Source of the DNA: an uncultured virus (IMG/VR IMGVR_UViG_3300025641_000004) | Lineage: Duplodnaviria; Heunggongvirae; Uroviricota; Caudoviricetes | Strand: one strand, 5' to 3' | Length of the DNA stretch: 58,991 nt | Virus record (IMG/VR): IMGVR_UViG_3300025641_000004 | Shown here: positions 10,196 through 19,954 of the stretch, in pieces | Layout of the letters: the number at the start of each line of letters is the position of its first letter | Position numbering within the stretch: the first letter of the stretch is position 1 | Program-made: the position numbers and the translations under genes | Notes under the pieces: model-generated | The model's input: only the letters and a program-made list of their open reading frames with translations | Told to the model about the DNA's origin: nothing | Database searches by the model: none

Positions 10196-11596
10196 ATGTC
10201 TAATAATATATTAAACGAAGAATATGATGTTTTCGACATTGTCGAAGCTGACTTAGATTCTCTTGACACGTTAGAGGAAGTTCCTAATTTGGAAATAAGT
10301 GAAGAAGCCTCTGACTCTGAGGAAACACTCGATGATTCTATTGAAGAATCTGTCGAAGAAACCGAAGAAAACGCTGAAGATATTGCAATCTATAATGAAA
10401 GCAATGAAATTAGTGAGGATGTCAATGAGATTGAAGATTATTTAGTACAACGCAGAAATGCACGAACTAAATCCGAAATGGAAATAAGTGAACAACATCC
10501 TAACAAACAAGAAACAATGGAAGAACAAGAAATTAGCGAAGAAGCGGTAGCCGTTGAGGAAACCGAAGAAATCGTTGAAGGTTCTGTTGAGCAAGCTGAA
10601 GAAGTAGTTGCTGAACAAACTGAAGAAGTTGAAACTACTGAAGAAGTAGAAGAGATCGAAGAAGCTAAGAAAGCTACTAAGAAAGAATCCGATGACGAAG
10701 AGGAAGAAGAATCTGATGAAGATTCCGACGACGAAGAAGAAATGGATTCCGACGAAGAAGACGAAGACGAAGAAGAAGAAGACGTAAAGTCCGAAAAGAA
10801 AGTTAAAAAGGAAGATGCTATTGCGGTTGAAACCGACGATATTAAACGTTTAATTGAGTCAGAAGAAAACCTTACCGAAGGCTTTAAAGCCAAGGCTGCT
10901 CTTATTTTTGAAACTGAAGTTCGTTCACAAATCGCTGAAGCTAAGGAGAAGATCCAAGCTGAATATGATGAGAAACTAACTGAAGAAGTTGAGACAATGA
11001 GCTCAGCTTTATCAGAGCAAGTTGATGAGTATTTAACCTACGCAGTATCTGAGTGGGCTAAGGAAAATTCAGTTGCTATTGAAACTTCTCTACGTACTTC
11101 TATTGCTGAAGACTTCATGTCTTCACTTAAGACTCTCTTTGTTGAGAACTATATTGAAGTTCCTGAAACTAAGGTTGATCTTTTCGAGCAATTGGAAAGT
11201 GAAGTTGCCCAAGTTAAAGAGGACTTTGATAAGACACGCGCAATTGCTGACGAATTGGCCGATAAGGTTGATGCATTAACTCGTGAAAAGGTTATTGTTG
11301 AGTCATGCGAAGGTCTTGTTCAAACTCAAGTAGAAAAACTAAAATCATTGGCTGAGGGCGTTGATTTTGAAGGTGAAGATAAATTCCGTGAGAGTATTAA
11401 TACTCTTAAGGGCTTCTACTTTGAAGGCGCTGAGTCAATTAATGAAGAAACGGAAGAACAAGAGTCTGATGAAGATTCTTATTCAACCACAGAAACTATT
11501 GTTGAAGAATCTGCCAGCTCTGATAAGCCAAAGGTTTCCAAAGCAATGCAAAATTATTTAAGTGCTATTAGCAAAGGGAAGAAATTCTCCGAGTAA
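10196..11596 (+). CDS. 22: prohead scaffold gp22 with long acidic N-terminal extension
   Basis: FKAKAALIFE, YLTYAVSEW, LFVENYIEVP; upstream of gp23; true start uncertain. Confidence 0.88.
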   Translation: MSNNILNEEYDVFDIVEADLDSLDTLEEVPNLEISEEASDSEETLDDSIEESVEETEENAEDIAIYNESNEISEDVNEIEDYLVQRRNARTKSEMEISEQHPNKQETMEEQEISEEAVAVEETEEIVEGSVEQAEEVVAEQTEEVETTEEVEEIEEAKKATKKESDDEEEEESDEDSDDEEEMDSDEEDEDEEEEDVKSEKKVKKEDAIAVETDDIKRLIESEENLTEGFKAKAALIFETEVRSQIAEAKEKIQAEYDEKLTEEVETMSSALSEQVDEYLTYAVSEWAKENSVAIETSLRTSIAEDFMSSLKTLFVENYIEVPETKVDLFEQLESEVAQVKEDFDKTRAIADELADKVDALTREKVIVESCEGLVQTQVEKLKSLAEGVDFEGEDKFRESINTLKGFYFEGAESINEETEEQESDEDSYSTTETIVEESASSDKPKVSKAMQNYLSAISKGKKFSE

Positions 11597-11643
11597 AGCA
11601 TTTCCTATACAAAAAACAAAACACAAAACTATAAATTAAAACT

Positions 11644-12885
11644 ATGTTTAATTCAGAAGAACTAGAAAAAAAGTGGGCTCCCATTCTTGAGAGCGCCGAT
11701 GCACCTGCCTTCGCCGATAACCATCGCAAAGCAGTAACTGCAGTTATGTTAGAAAACCAAGAGAAGGCACTTGCCGAAGCTCGTGGCCAATCGCAATACC
11801 TCAATGAAGCAGGCGAACCTTCAAACGTTGTTTCTGGTACCGATAACTGGGATCCAGTACTCATCAGCCTTGTACGTCGTGCAATGCCAAGCCTTATCGC
11901 TTATGATGTTTGTGGTGTTCAGCCAATGTCCGGTCCTACTGGTCTCATCTTCGCGATGAAGTCTCGTTATAATGGCGTTGATGCATCTCCTGTTGAAACA
12001 ACTGATGACGAAGCTCTTTTCAATGCTCCTACTCAATTCGCTCCTTCTACCTCTACCGCACTTGGTGAAGGCAACATTACTAAGGACATGGGTTTCACTA
12101 TCGAGAAAGTTGTTGTTGAAGCTAAGACACGTGCTCTTAAAGCTGAGTACTCAATGGAACTCGCTCAAGACCTCAAGGCCATTCACGGTCTTGATGCTGA
12201 AGCAGAACTTGCTAATATTCTTAGCACTGAGATCCTTGCTGAAATCAACCGCGAAGTTATTGATTCAATTAATACCGCAGCGGTTCTAGGTTTCACCAAC
12301 CAACTTACTGGTACAGGTGATGAAGGTAACTTTGATCTTGACGTTGATGCAGACGGCCGTTGGGCTGTTGAGAAGTTCAAATCACTTCTCTTCCAACTTG
12401 AGCTTGAATCCAATGAGATTGCTAAAGGCACTCGTCGTGGAAAAGGTAACTATGTTATCTGCTCTTCAAACGTTGCTTCTGCTCTTGCAGCTGCAGGCGT
12501 TCTCGACTATGCTCCAGCTATCGCGTCCAACTTAAACGTTGACACAACTGGTAACACATTCGCCGGTCTTATCAATGGCCGCATTAAGGTATATGTTGAT
12601 CCATATGCAGTTGATGATTACGCTACCGTTGGTTACAAAGGTGCTAACTCGTATGATGCTGGTATTTACTACTGCCCATACGTTCCTCTTACAATGGTTC
12701 GCGCCGTTGACGAGAACAGCTTCCAGCCTAAGATCGGCTTTAAGACTCGTTATGGTCTTGCTGCTAACCCAATGGCTCATGATCCTATTGCTGGTCCAAC
12801 TAGTAAGCCAGCAGGTACTGCTAACAACCCTTACTTCCGTAGGTTTACCGTTTCCAATATCAATGGTACTAACCCTGCTGTTTAA
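11644..12885 (+). CDS. 23: major capsid protein gp23
   Basis: KWAPIL, GVQPMSGPTGLIFAM, ELAQDLKAIHGLDAEAEL, YYCPYVPL, FQPKIGFKTRYG. Confidence 0.98.
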   Translation: MFNSEELEKKWAPILESADAPAFADNHRKAVTAVMLENQEKALAEARGQSQYLNEAGEPSNVVSGTDNWDPVLISLVRRAMPSLIAYDVCGVQPMSGPTGLIFAMKSRYNGVDASPVETTDDEALFNAPTQFAPSTSTALGEGNITKDMGFTIEKVVVEAKTRALKAEYSMELAQDLKAIHGLDAEAELANILSTEILAEINREVIDSINTAAVLGFTNQLTGTGDEGNFDLDVDADGRWAVEKFKSLLFQLELESNEIAKGTRRGKGNYVICSSNVASALAAAGVLDYAPAIASNLNVDTTGNTFAGLINGRIKVYVDPYAVDDYATVGYKGANSYDAGIYYCPYVPLTMVRAVDENSFQPKIGFKTRYGLAANPMAHDPIAGPTSKPAGTANNPYFRRFTVSNINGTNPAV

Positions 12886-12933
12886 TTAGCAAAAGCTAAA
12901 TTTCGTCCACTACCTTAGGACGACACAAACCCG

Positions 12934-12970
12934 ATGAGGGGCTGTCAGAAATGGCGGTCCCTCATTTTTT
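12934..12970 (+). terminator. Rho-independent terminator after gp23
   Basis: ATGAGGGGCTGTCA-GAAA-TGGCGGTCCCTCAT stem with G-U pairs followed by a T-tract. Confidence 0.85.
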
Positions 12971-12972
12971 GT

Positions 12973-12980
12973 TATAAATA
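12973..12980 (+). promoter_or_regulatory. T4-type late promoter
   Basis: TATAAATA, 5 nt before ATG 12986. Confidence 0.8.
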
Positions 12981-12985
12981 ATAAT

Positions 12986-13477
12986 ATGATTGAGAATAAT
13001 TTTTTACCGACAACCGATAACTTTACTGTTCATATTGGTACGCAAGCAAGTAAATCAGTTCTGAATAAAAACATTGTTTCGTTTTCATTACCAGCTATTA
13101 CCAATAACGAGATTGCGACTCCTTATATGAATATGCCTGGATTTTCTGTTTCGGAAACAACAAGTAAAGAACCATTGGCCATCTCATTTATTTGTGATGA
13201 AACTATGGAAGCATATGAAGAAGTTTATAATTGGATGAATGATAATAACAATCCAAACAAAGATTCCAATGATCAAAACTCTAGTTTAATTGATTTTAAA
13301 GATATTACAATTAATATTAAATCAAGCCATAATAATTTAAATAAGCAATTACATTTTAAAGATGCATTTCCAACATCGCTTGGGGGTGTTGATTTTAATA
13401 TACAAGCAGAAGGCGAACCAGTATATGCGGTATTCCAAGTATCGTTTAGATATGATACTTTTGAGTTTAGGAAATAA
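12986..13477 (+). CDS. 3: tail tube terminator gp3-like protein
   Basis: gp19-paralog features: FICDETMEAYEEVYNW, FKDAFPTSLGGVDF; position before uvsY. Confidence 0.75.
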   Translation: MIENNFLPTTDNFTVHIGTQASKSVLNKNIVSFSLPAITNNEIATPYMNMPGFSVSETTSKEPLAISFICDETMEAYEEVYNWMNDNNNPNKDSNDQNSSLIDFKDITINIKSSHNNLNKQLHFKDAFPTSLGGVDFNIQAEGEPVYAVFQVSFRYDTFEFRK

Positions 13478-13495
13478 GCATTATATATAAATTAT

Positions 13496-13945
13496 ATGAT
13501 GGATCTAGAATCACTACTAAAACTGTGGGAAACCGATTCTAAAATTGACGATGTTAATTTAGATGATACAAGTATTAACAGCGCGAAGCTGCATAGTAAA
13601 TATCTTGAGTTACATTCTCACGCTAAACTAAGACTAAAGAAAAAAGAATTAGAATTAGCCGTTTTGAATAAAGACCTTTGGTTATATTACAATGGTAAAA
13701 TGACTAAAGAAGAAATGGATGCGTTAAGTTGGAATTACGATCCTTTTAATGGAATGGCCAAACCGCTTAAAGGCGACATGAATAAATTTTATGATGCTGA
13801 CCCAAATAAAGTTGAGATGGAAATGAGAGTTGAATACTTAAAAACCTATTGCGATACTTGTAAAGATATAATTGATAATGTTCGTTTTAGACATTTAACT
13901 ATTAAGAATATAATCGCGCATCGCCAGTTTGTATCTGGAAATTAA
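13496..13945 (+). CDS. uvsY: recombination mediator UvsY
   Basis: WETDSKID, LHSKYL, WLYYNGK, IKNII; precedes uvsW. Confidence 0.85.
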   Translation: MMDLESLLKLWETDSKIDDVNLDDTSINSAKLHSKYLELHSHAKLRLKKKELELAVLNKDLWLYYNGKMTKEEMDALSWNYDPFNGMAKPLKGDMNKFYDADPNKVEMEMRVEYLKTYCDTCKDIIDNVRFRHLTIKNIIAHRQFVSGN

Positions 13946-13947
13946 AA

Positions 13948-15321
13948 ATGAGTAGTACGTATGACATATCACATGTAGATGAAACCTTAATTCATATTAA
14001 GTCGGATGATTCTGGTGCTATGATGGATCTTAGCGAGCATTATACTTTTTATGTTGACGGGTATAAATTTATGCCAAGTTACAGAAATAAGATGTGGGAT
14101 GGAAAAATTCGTTTACTGAATATGCGCAATAATACTTTGCCATATGGTTTATTACCAAAGACACTTAGTTTTGCAAAGGATAGTGGATATGGAATTAACC
14201 TTTGCTCTACTCTTAAAAACAAAGAGGTTATAGATAAAGATTACCTTGATAAATTTGCAAATTCTCAAGAGCTAAGAGCTGGAGGAAAAAAAATTGAGCT
14301 TCGTGATTATCAGTATGACGCATTTATTCATGGAATTACTGAGGGCAGATCATTAATTGTTTCACCAACTGGTTCTGGTAAGAGTTTAATAATTTACATG
14401 TATATCAAATGGTATATAGAAAATCATGATGATAATGTTTTAATCATTGTTCCAACTACTTCATTGGTTGAACAAATGAGTAAAGACTTTGCCGATTATA
14501 GTTCACACGATGATTCCTTTGATGCTGATCTCGAAATACATAAAATATATTCTGGTAAAGAAAAAGAAAACTTTGATGCTCGTGTTATTATTTCAACATG
14601 GCAAAGCGCTATAAACCTTCGGCCTGAATGGTTCCAACAATATGGGATGATCATTGGAGACGAAGCGCACCTCTTTAAAGCCAAGAGTCTTAATAAGATT
14701 ATGGGGATGTTAGTTAATGCGCCTTATAGAATTGGTACTACTGGAACTCTTGATGGAAGTCTTTGTAATGAATTGGTTTTAATTGGAAACTTTGGTCCAA
14801 CGTTTAACGTAATTTCAACTAAGAAATTAATTGATTCAAAGACACTCGCTGATCTTGAAATTAAATGTATTGTATGCAACCATGATGATGCTCTAAAGAA
14901 AGCAGTTGTTAAAATGGATTATCAAAGTGAAATTGCAACCATTGTTGAACACCCAAACCGAAATAAATTTATATCAAAGTTAGCGCTTGATCAAAATGGT
15001 AATACACTTGTTCTTTTTAATCTCGTTAAGAAACATGGTAAACCTTTGTTTAAAATGATTCAAGACAGCGCAGATGATAAAGATAATATCTTTTATGTTA
15101 GTGGAGAAGTAAAAGCGGATGACAGAGAAAACATTCGAAGTATTGTTGATACTAATCCCTTAACAACAACAATGAAATTTGGTTTAAAAAAGATCACTGT
15201 CGGGCAAAACGTAAAAGTTCCATTAACAGATGGATCTGAAAAATTAGCGTGTGAAATAACAATAGATGATGATGTATTAGAAAATTGGGTAATGGCTCGA
15301 TGGCGTGAAGCGGGAATATAA
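13948..15321 (+). CDS. uvsW: UvsW SF2 helicase, N-terminal part (motifs I-IV) with a non-helicase ~55-aa tail
   Basis: WDGKIRL, SPTGSGKS, DEAH, GTTGT; helicase similarity stops at DDRENIRSIVDTN (~15156). Confidence 0.9.
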   Translation: MSSTYDISHVDETLIHIKSDDSGAMMDLSEHYTFYVDGYKFMPSYRNKMWDGKIRLLNMRNNTLPYGLLPKTLSFAKDSGYGINLCSTLKNKEVIDKDYLDKFANSQELRAGGKKIELRDYQYDAFIHGITEGRSLIVSPTGSGKSLIIYMYIKWYIENHDDNVLIIVPTTSLVEQMSKDFADYSSHDDSFDADLEIHKIYSGKEKENFDARVIISTWQSAINLRPEWFQQYGMIIGDEAHLFKAKSLNKIMGMLVNAPYRIGTTGTLDGSLCNELVLIGNFGPTFNVISTKKLIDSKTLADLEIKCIVCNHDDALKKAVVKMDYQSEIATIVEHPNRNKFISKLALDQNGNTLVLFNLVKKHGKPLFKMIQDSADDKDNIFYVSGEVKADDRENIRSIVDTNPLTTTMKFGLKKITVGQNVKVPLTDGSEKLACEITIDDDVLENWVMARWREAGI

Positions 15322-15484
15322 AAGTAAAAAGACTTGGATGTTCTGGTGTACCTGGGAGGGTTATAATAAGAAGGACATAGATTTTAATAATGAAGGAATG
15401 AATGATTTAGATAAGATAAGTTATTCAGAATATAGAAAAAGATTAATATTAAAAAAAGAAAACAATTCATATGAAACCAGATAA
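15305..15484 (+). CDS. possible 59-aa ORF within the uvsW interruption
   Basis: Stop-free frame 15293-15484 with GTG at 15305 (VKREYKSKKTWMFWCTWEGY...YETR); overlaps both uvsW halves; below the ORF-track cutoff. Confidence 0.4.
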   Translation: MKREYKSKKTWMFWCTWEGYNKKDIDFNNEGMNDLDKISYSEYRKRLILKKENNSYETR

Positions 15485-15806
15485 AGTAACAAATACCACC
15501 GGAGCAATTATTGTGGCAAGTACTGGTGTGTTTTCAACAGGAATTAATATTAAGAACTTACATAATATTATATTCGCTAGTCCAACAAAATCTCAAATTA
15601 AAGTTCTTCAAAGTATTGGTCGTGGATTGAGAAAATCAGATGATGGAAGAAAAACTACTGTATTTGATATTTCTGATAACCTTAGTTGGCGTAAAAAGAA
15701 AAACTATACGTTTAAACATGCTCAGGAAAGAATCCGTATATATAATAAAGAGGGATTCAAATACAAGATCTTCGAAATACCATTAAGTTTAGATGAAATA
15801 CAATAA
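15471..15806 (+). CDS. uvsW: UvsW helicase, C-terminal part (motifs V-VI)
   Basis: GAIIVASTGVFSTGINIKNLHNIIFASP and LQSIGRGLRK; different frame from the N-part. Confidence 0.9.
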   Translation: MKPDKVTNTTGAIIVASTGVFSTGINIKNLHNIIFASPTKSQIKVLQSIGRGLRKSDDGRKTTVFDISDNLSWRKKKNYTFKHAQERIRIYNKEGFKYKIFEIPLSLDEIQ

Positions 15807-16179
15807 CGACATATCAAACAAACTTGATGTTAGAATCTTTACTACTATTTCTGGAAGAGTCTTAATTGGAGAACTTATTAATGTATCGGATATTGGAGTT
15901 GAATTAGAAAATGTATTTTTAATGGACCCTTCTAATCCCGAAGGGATGGTTCCCATACATCAAGATTCAATAATGAATACATCAATAATAACTTTATATG
16001 ATAAGATTATTGAAACTGAAACATCAGTTAATAGTGAATCAACTTTAAGTAATTACATTCAACATTGTTTAGGTAATACTTTAATGGATATTGAATCTAA
16101 CTTTCCAAAAAAAATCAATAAAAAAAATAAGGATACTAATGATGATACCTTATTTAATTGGAGGAATAGGTTTAATTGA
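15793..16179 (+). CDS. hypothetical protein
   Basis: 128-aa ORF overlapping the uvsW-C stop, in the usual slot before gp55. Confidence 0.65.
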   Translation: MKYNNDISNKLDVRIFTTISGRVLIGELINVSDIGVELENVFLMDPSNPEGMVPIHQDSIMNTSIITLYDKIIETETSVNSESTLSNYIQHCLGNTLMDIESNFPKKINKKNKDTNDDTLFNWRNRFN

Positions 16180-16279
16180 TTATTGTTTTTGTTATTCTAT
16201 AGAATATTATACTATAAAATCAATAGTATGTAAATAATAAAATTCATAATAATAAAAAAAGATTGATAGCATTTTGTTA

Positions 16280-16308
16280 TATACATTAGACTAAATCTAT
16301 GGTATAAT
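16280..16308 (+). promoter_or_regulatory. sigma70-like early/middle promoter
   Basis: TATACA-N17-TATAAT with TG extension; 8 nt before the gp55 ATG. Confidence 0.65.
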
Positions 16309-16316
16309 ATATACAT

Positions 16317-17003
16317 ATGAAGGATAAAGATAAACCTACATCAGATGAAGTAGTCAATAAGAAAGCCGTTAAGAAGAAGACGGCAAAAAAGAAAACTGCT
16401 AAGAAGAAGACTGCGAAGAAACGTGGCCCACATTATATTGATAACGCTTTATTCGGGCAAGCCGTATCTGAACATGTTAAAGGTGTTAAAGAAGATATTG
16501 AAAACGGTATAGATCCAAGAGGTATTACTGATTATATTGGTAAATGTTTTTTGAATATTGCAGAAGGTCTTTCTCATAGTGGTAATTTTATTAACTATAC
16601 ATATCGAGAGGATATGGTTATGGATGCAGTTGAGAATTGTATTAAGTATGTTAATAATTATGATATTGATAAACCTACGCGAACAGGAAAGCCAAACGCG
16701 TTTAGTTACTTTACACAAATTAGTTGGTTTGCTTTTCTAAGAAGGATTGCCAAAGAAAAGAAACAAACTGAGATCAAACAAAAAATAATCAGTACATCTG
16801 CTGTTGATGTATTTGCTGACTTTAGTGGAGACTCTGCTCAAATTGGTGAAGGAGTAATTAATAGGATGAGAAATACAAACCCATTCTTTAAAGAAGAAAA
16901 GGGCCCAACTCCTGAAGAAGTTGAGTTACCGCCAAAGCGTAGAGGAAGACGTCCTGCTAAGAAAGCTAAGAACGGTCCTTTAACTGATTTTTTCGATAAG
17001 TAA
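16317..17003 (+). CDS. 55: late transcription sigma factor gp55
   Basis: HYIDN, IAEGLSHSGNFINYTYREDM, NAFSYFTQISWFAFLRRIAKEKKQ. Confidence 0.95.
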   Translation: MKDKDKPTSDEVVNKKAVKKKTAKKKTAKKKTAKKRGPHYIDNALFGQAVSEHVKGVKEDIENGIDPRGITDYIGKCFLNIAEGLSHSGNFINYTYREDMVMDAVENCIKYVNNYDIDKPTRTGKPNAFSYFTQISWFAFLRRIAKEKKQTEIKQKIISTSAVDVFADFSGDSAQIGEGVINRMRNTNPFFKEEKGPTPEEVELPPKRRGRRPAKKAKNGPLTDFFDK

Positions 17004-17004
17004 T

Positions 17005-18087
17005 ATGAAGTTAGTTGTAATAACAGACACTCATGCGGGTGTTAAAAATGGTAGTGATATCTTCTTAGATTATTCTGAAAGATTTTATGATAAGGTTTTC
17101 TTTCCTTATTGTTTAGAAAATGGTATAACTAAGATACTTCATCTTGGTGATTATTTTGATCATCGAAGAGTGGTAAATTTTAAAGTTCTTAGTAGGAATA
17201 AGAAAATGTTTCTTGATAAGTTAAGAGAACATGGAATGACCATGGATCTTATTCCAGGAAACCACGACGTATTTTATAAAAATACAAATTCATTATCAAG
17301 TTGCGAAGAGATTCTTCAACATTATAAAGATGTTGTAAATCTACACATGGAACCAACCGTCGTGAGTTATGGTAGTTTGGATATTGCATTAATCCCTTGG
17401 ATAAATTCTGAGAATTACGATGAAGTAACTAACTTTGTTAAAAATGTAAAAGCTCCATTCTTAGGTGGGCATTTAGAACTTCAAGGATTTGATATGATGA
17501 AAGGAGTTCAAGCTAGTTCTGGAGCTATGAAGTCTGATATCTTTTCTCGATTTGAAATTGTAATGAGCGGCCACTTTCATACGAAAAGCAATAAAGGAAA
17601 TATTCATTATCTTGGAACTCCCTTTGAATTAACCTGGGCAGATTGTAATGATCCAAAGTTTTTCCATGTTATTGATACAGAGACACGTGAGCTAATGCCA
17701 ATTCGTAACCCGCTTACAATTTATAATAAACTAGTATATGATGATAGTAAAGCGTCTGATGATATTATCACAGAGATTAAGTCGTGTAATTTTAGTTGTG
17801 TACCAGATTCATATGTAAAAGTAATTGTTATTAATAAGAAGAACCCGTTTCTTTTTGACAAATATATTGATGAGATAATTAATAAAGAGCCCTTTGATTT
17901 AAAGATTGTAGAAAACTTTGATGAATATCTTTCAGAAAATGTTGAAGATGAAAAGATTGAAATAACTGATACTGTCAGCTTATTGAATACATATGTTGAT
18001 TCTGTTGAAACTGAATTAGACTCTGACCGAATAAAATTAAAACTACAAGAACTTTTTGTTGAAGCTCAATCTTCAGACGCACTATAA
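17005..18087 (+). CDS. 47: recombination endonuclease gp47 (Mre11/SbcD-like)
   Basis: DTHAG, LGDYFD, GNHD, GHFH phosphoesterase motifs. Confidence 0.95.
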   Translation: MKLVVITDTHAGVKNGSDIFLDYSERFYDKVFFPYCLENGITKILHLGDYFDHRRVVNFKVLSRNKKMFLDKLREHGMTMDLIPGNHDVFYKNTNSLSSCEEILQHYKDVVNLHMEPTVVSYGSLDIALIPWINSENYDEVTNFVKNVKAPFLGGHLELQGFDMMKGVQASSGAMKSDIFSRFEIVMSGHFHTKSNKGNIHYLGTPFELTWADCNDPKFFHVIDTETRELMPIRNPLTIYNKLVYDDSKASDDIITEIKSCNFSCVPDSYVKVIVINKKNPFLFDKYIDEIINKEPFDLKIVENFDEYLSENVEDEKIEITDTVSLLNTYVDSVETELDSDRIKLKLQELFVEAQSSDAL

Positions 18088-18093
18088 AATATT

Positions 18094-19815
18094 ATGATAG
18101 AATTCCATACCTTAACATATTCAAATTTTCTCTCAGTTGGAGATACACCAATCACTATTGATTTTGAAGCAACTAAATCAACATTAATTGTTGGCCATAA
18201 TGGATCTGGTAAGAGTTTAATGCTAGATGCTCTTAGCTTTGCTTTGTTTGGTAAACCACACCGAGCTATTAATAAGCCTCAATTAATTAATAGTATCAAT
18301 GGTAAAAAGTGTTTAGTAGAAATAACCTTTTCGGTTGGTAATAAGAATTACAAAATCGTCCGAGGACTTAAACCAAACATTTTTGAGATATGGGTTAATG
18401 GTGAAATGATTAACCAAGAATCTCATTCCCGCGATTTTCAAAAGTTACTTGAGACAAACATTCTTAAATTAAACCATAAGAGTTTTCACCAAGTTGTTGT
18501 ATTAGGTAATGGCAATTTTGTTCCATTCATGCAGATGCGCCAATATGAAAGGCGCAATGTTATTGAAGATCTTTTGGATATTAGTATATTTTCTAAGATG
18601 AATACTATTCTTAAAGATAATAATGCTAAGCTGAAAGATCAAATTAAAGATAATGAATATCAGTGGAAGTTGATTAAAGAAAAGATTATTTTACAGCGTA
18701 AGCATATTGATAAGTTATCAGATATCAGTGAATCTAATCGAGTTAAATATGAATCAGAGATTGCAGATATTCAATCAGAACAAAACGTTTTAATTGAAAG
18801 TAACGAAAAAATCTTGGTTCGTTACAAAGCAGAGCATAGTGATACTGAAAAGAAGCTTAATACTTTAAATCGTAGTTTGAATAAAATGAAATCATTTGAA
18901 TCTCAGATTAAAAGTAAAATGAATGCTATTGAAAAGGAAGCCGAGTTTTACAAGTCTAACTCAGCTTGCCCAACATGTAGCCAAACTATTGATACGGTTA
19001 TACGCGATAACAAACTAGAATCTTGTGGATGTAAACAAGAAGAACTAACTGATGGTTTTGAAAAATTACAGAACAACATTAAATCTACCGGCGAACAACT
19101 ACAAACCACTAATCAGGAAATGCAAGAGTTGTTTAAACTTAATAATGAAATGACTAGTAATAATGTTTTGATTAAAAACTTTTCAAAGCGGATATCTGAA
19201 TTAAGTGCTCAAAAGAATGAAACCGCAGATGATAACGATTTAAAGAAATCGCAGAATGAATTACTTGATATGCAAACTACTAGGGATGACCTTAGCGATT
19301 TAAAATCAAAGCAAATTGAAGAAAAACATTATAATGATGTTATTGGTGAACTGCTAAAGGATACTGGTATTAAAACGAAGATCATTCGTCAATACCTTCC
19401 CCCGATGAATAAGTTAATTAATAATTATCTGCAGTTGCTTGACTTCTTTGTTAGTTTTGAATTGGATGAAAACTTTAATGAAACTATTAGAAGCCGCCAT
19501 CGTGATGACTTTAGTTATGCATCATTCAGTGAAGGAGAGAAACAACGAATTGACTTAAGTCTTTTATTTGCATGGCGACAAATTGCCAAAATGAAAAACT
19601 CAGCAAATACAAACCTTCTTATATTGGACGAAGTGTTTGATGCTAGTCTTGATTTTGACGGCATTGATAATTTGTTAAAGATAATGCATTCGCTTGATGA
19701 TGAAACTCGTGTTTTTGTTATTAGCCATAAGCAAGACCTCCTTGAAGGAAAATTTGATCGTAAGATTGAGTTTCAAAGACGCCAAAACTTCACAAGCATA
19801 AAATCTATCACGTAA
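18094..19815 (+). CDS. 46: recombination ATPase gp46 (Rad50/SbcC-like)
   Basis: GHNGSGKS, CPTC zinc hook, FSEGEKQR signature, ILDEVFD. Confidence 0.96.
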   Translation: MIEFHTLTYSNFLSVGDTPITIDFEATKSTLIVGHNGSGKSLMLDALSFALFGKPHRAINKPQLINSINGKKCLVEITFSVGNKNYKIVRGLKPNIFEIWVNGEMINQESHSRDFQKLLETNILKLNHKSFHQVVVLGNGNFVPFMQMRQYERRNVIEDLLDISIFSKMNTILKDNNAKLKDQIKDNEYQWKLIKEKIILQRKHIDKLSDISESNRVKYESEIADIQSEQNVLIESNEKILVRYKAEHSDTEKKLNTLNRSLNKMKSFESQIKSKMNAIEKEAEFYKSNSACPTCSQTIDTVIRDNKLESCGCKQEELTDGFEKLQNNIKSTGEQLQTTNQEMQELFKLNNEMTSNNVLIKNFSKRISELSAQKNETADDNDLKKSQNELLDMQTTRDDLSDLKSKQIEEKHYNDVIGELLKDTGIKTKIIRQYLPPMNKLINNYLQLLDFFVSFELDENFNETIRSRHRDDFSYASFSEGEKQRIDLSLLFAWRQIAKMKNSANTNLLILDEVFDASLDFDGIDNLLKIMHSLDDETRVFVISHKQDLLEGKFDRKIEFQRRQNFTSIKSIT

Positions 19816-19954
19816 CTCGTTAATGGTTAATAGGTTAAAATGCATAAAACGTGATAATAACGTAAAAAGGGCATTAGAGAGCAATTCTTCTTATTTCCTA
19901 TAATATATACGTCAAACAGTTTTAAAATGGCTCTTTAAACGGTCTTTTTTACGA

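Noticed and set aside
10438..10893. 151-aa Ser-rich minus-strand ORF
   Set aside because: Antisense shadow of the GAA/GAC-rich gp22 region; no independent signals.
11771..12889. Several alternate-frame and antisense ORFs inside gp23
   Set aside because: Expected by-product of strong codon bias in a highly expressed gene; the same applies to the other nested ORFs in the track.
15300..15480. Simple sequencing frameshift explaining the uvsW break
   Set aside because: About 330 nt of non-helicase sequence separates the halves; a single indel would not restore a normal protein.
15161..15486. Firm call of a group I intron in uvsW
   Set aside because: Junction bases fit, but I could not find a convincing P1/IGS or P7 core, so it is kept only as one hypothesis.
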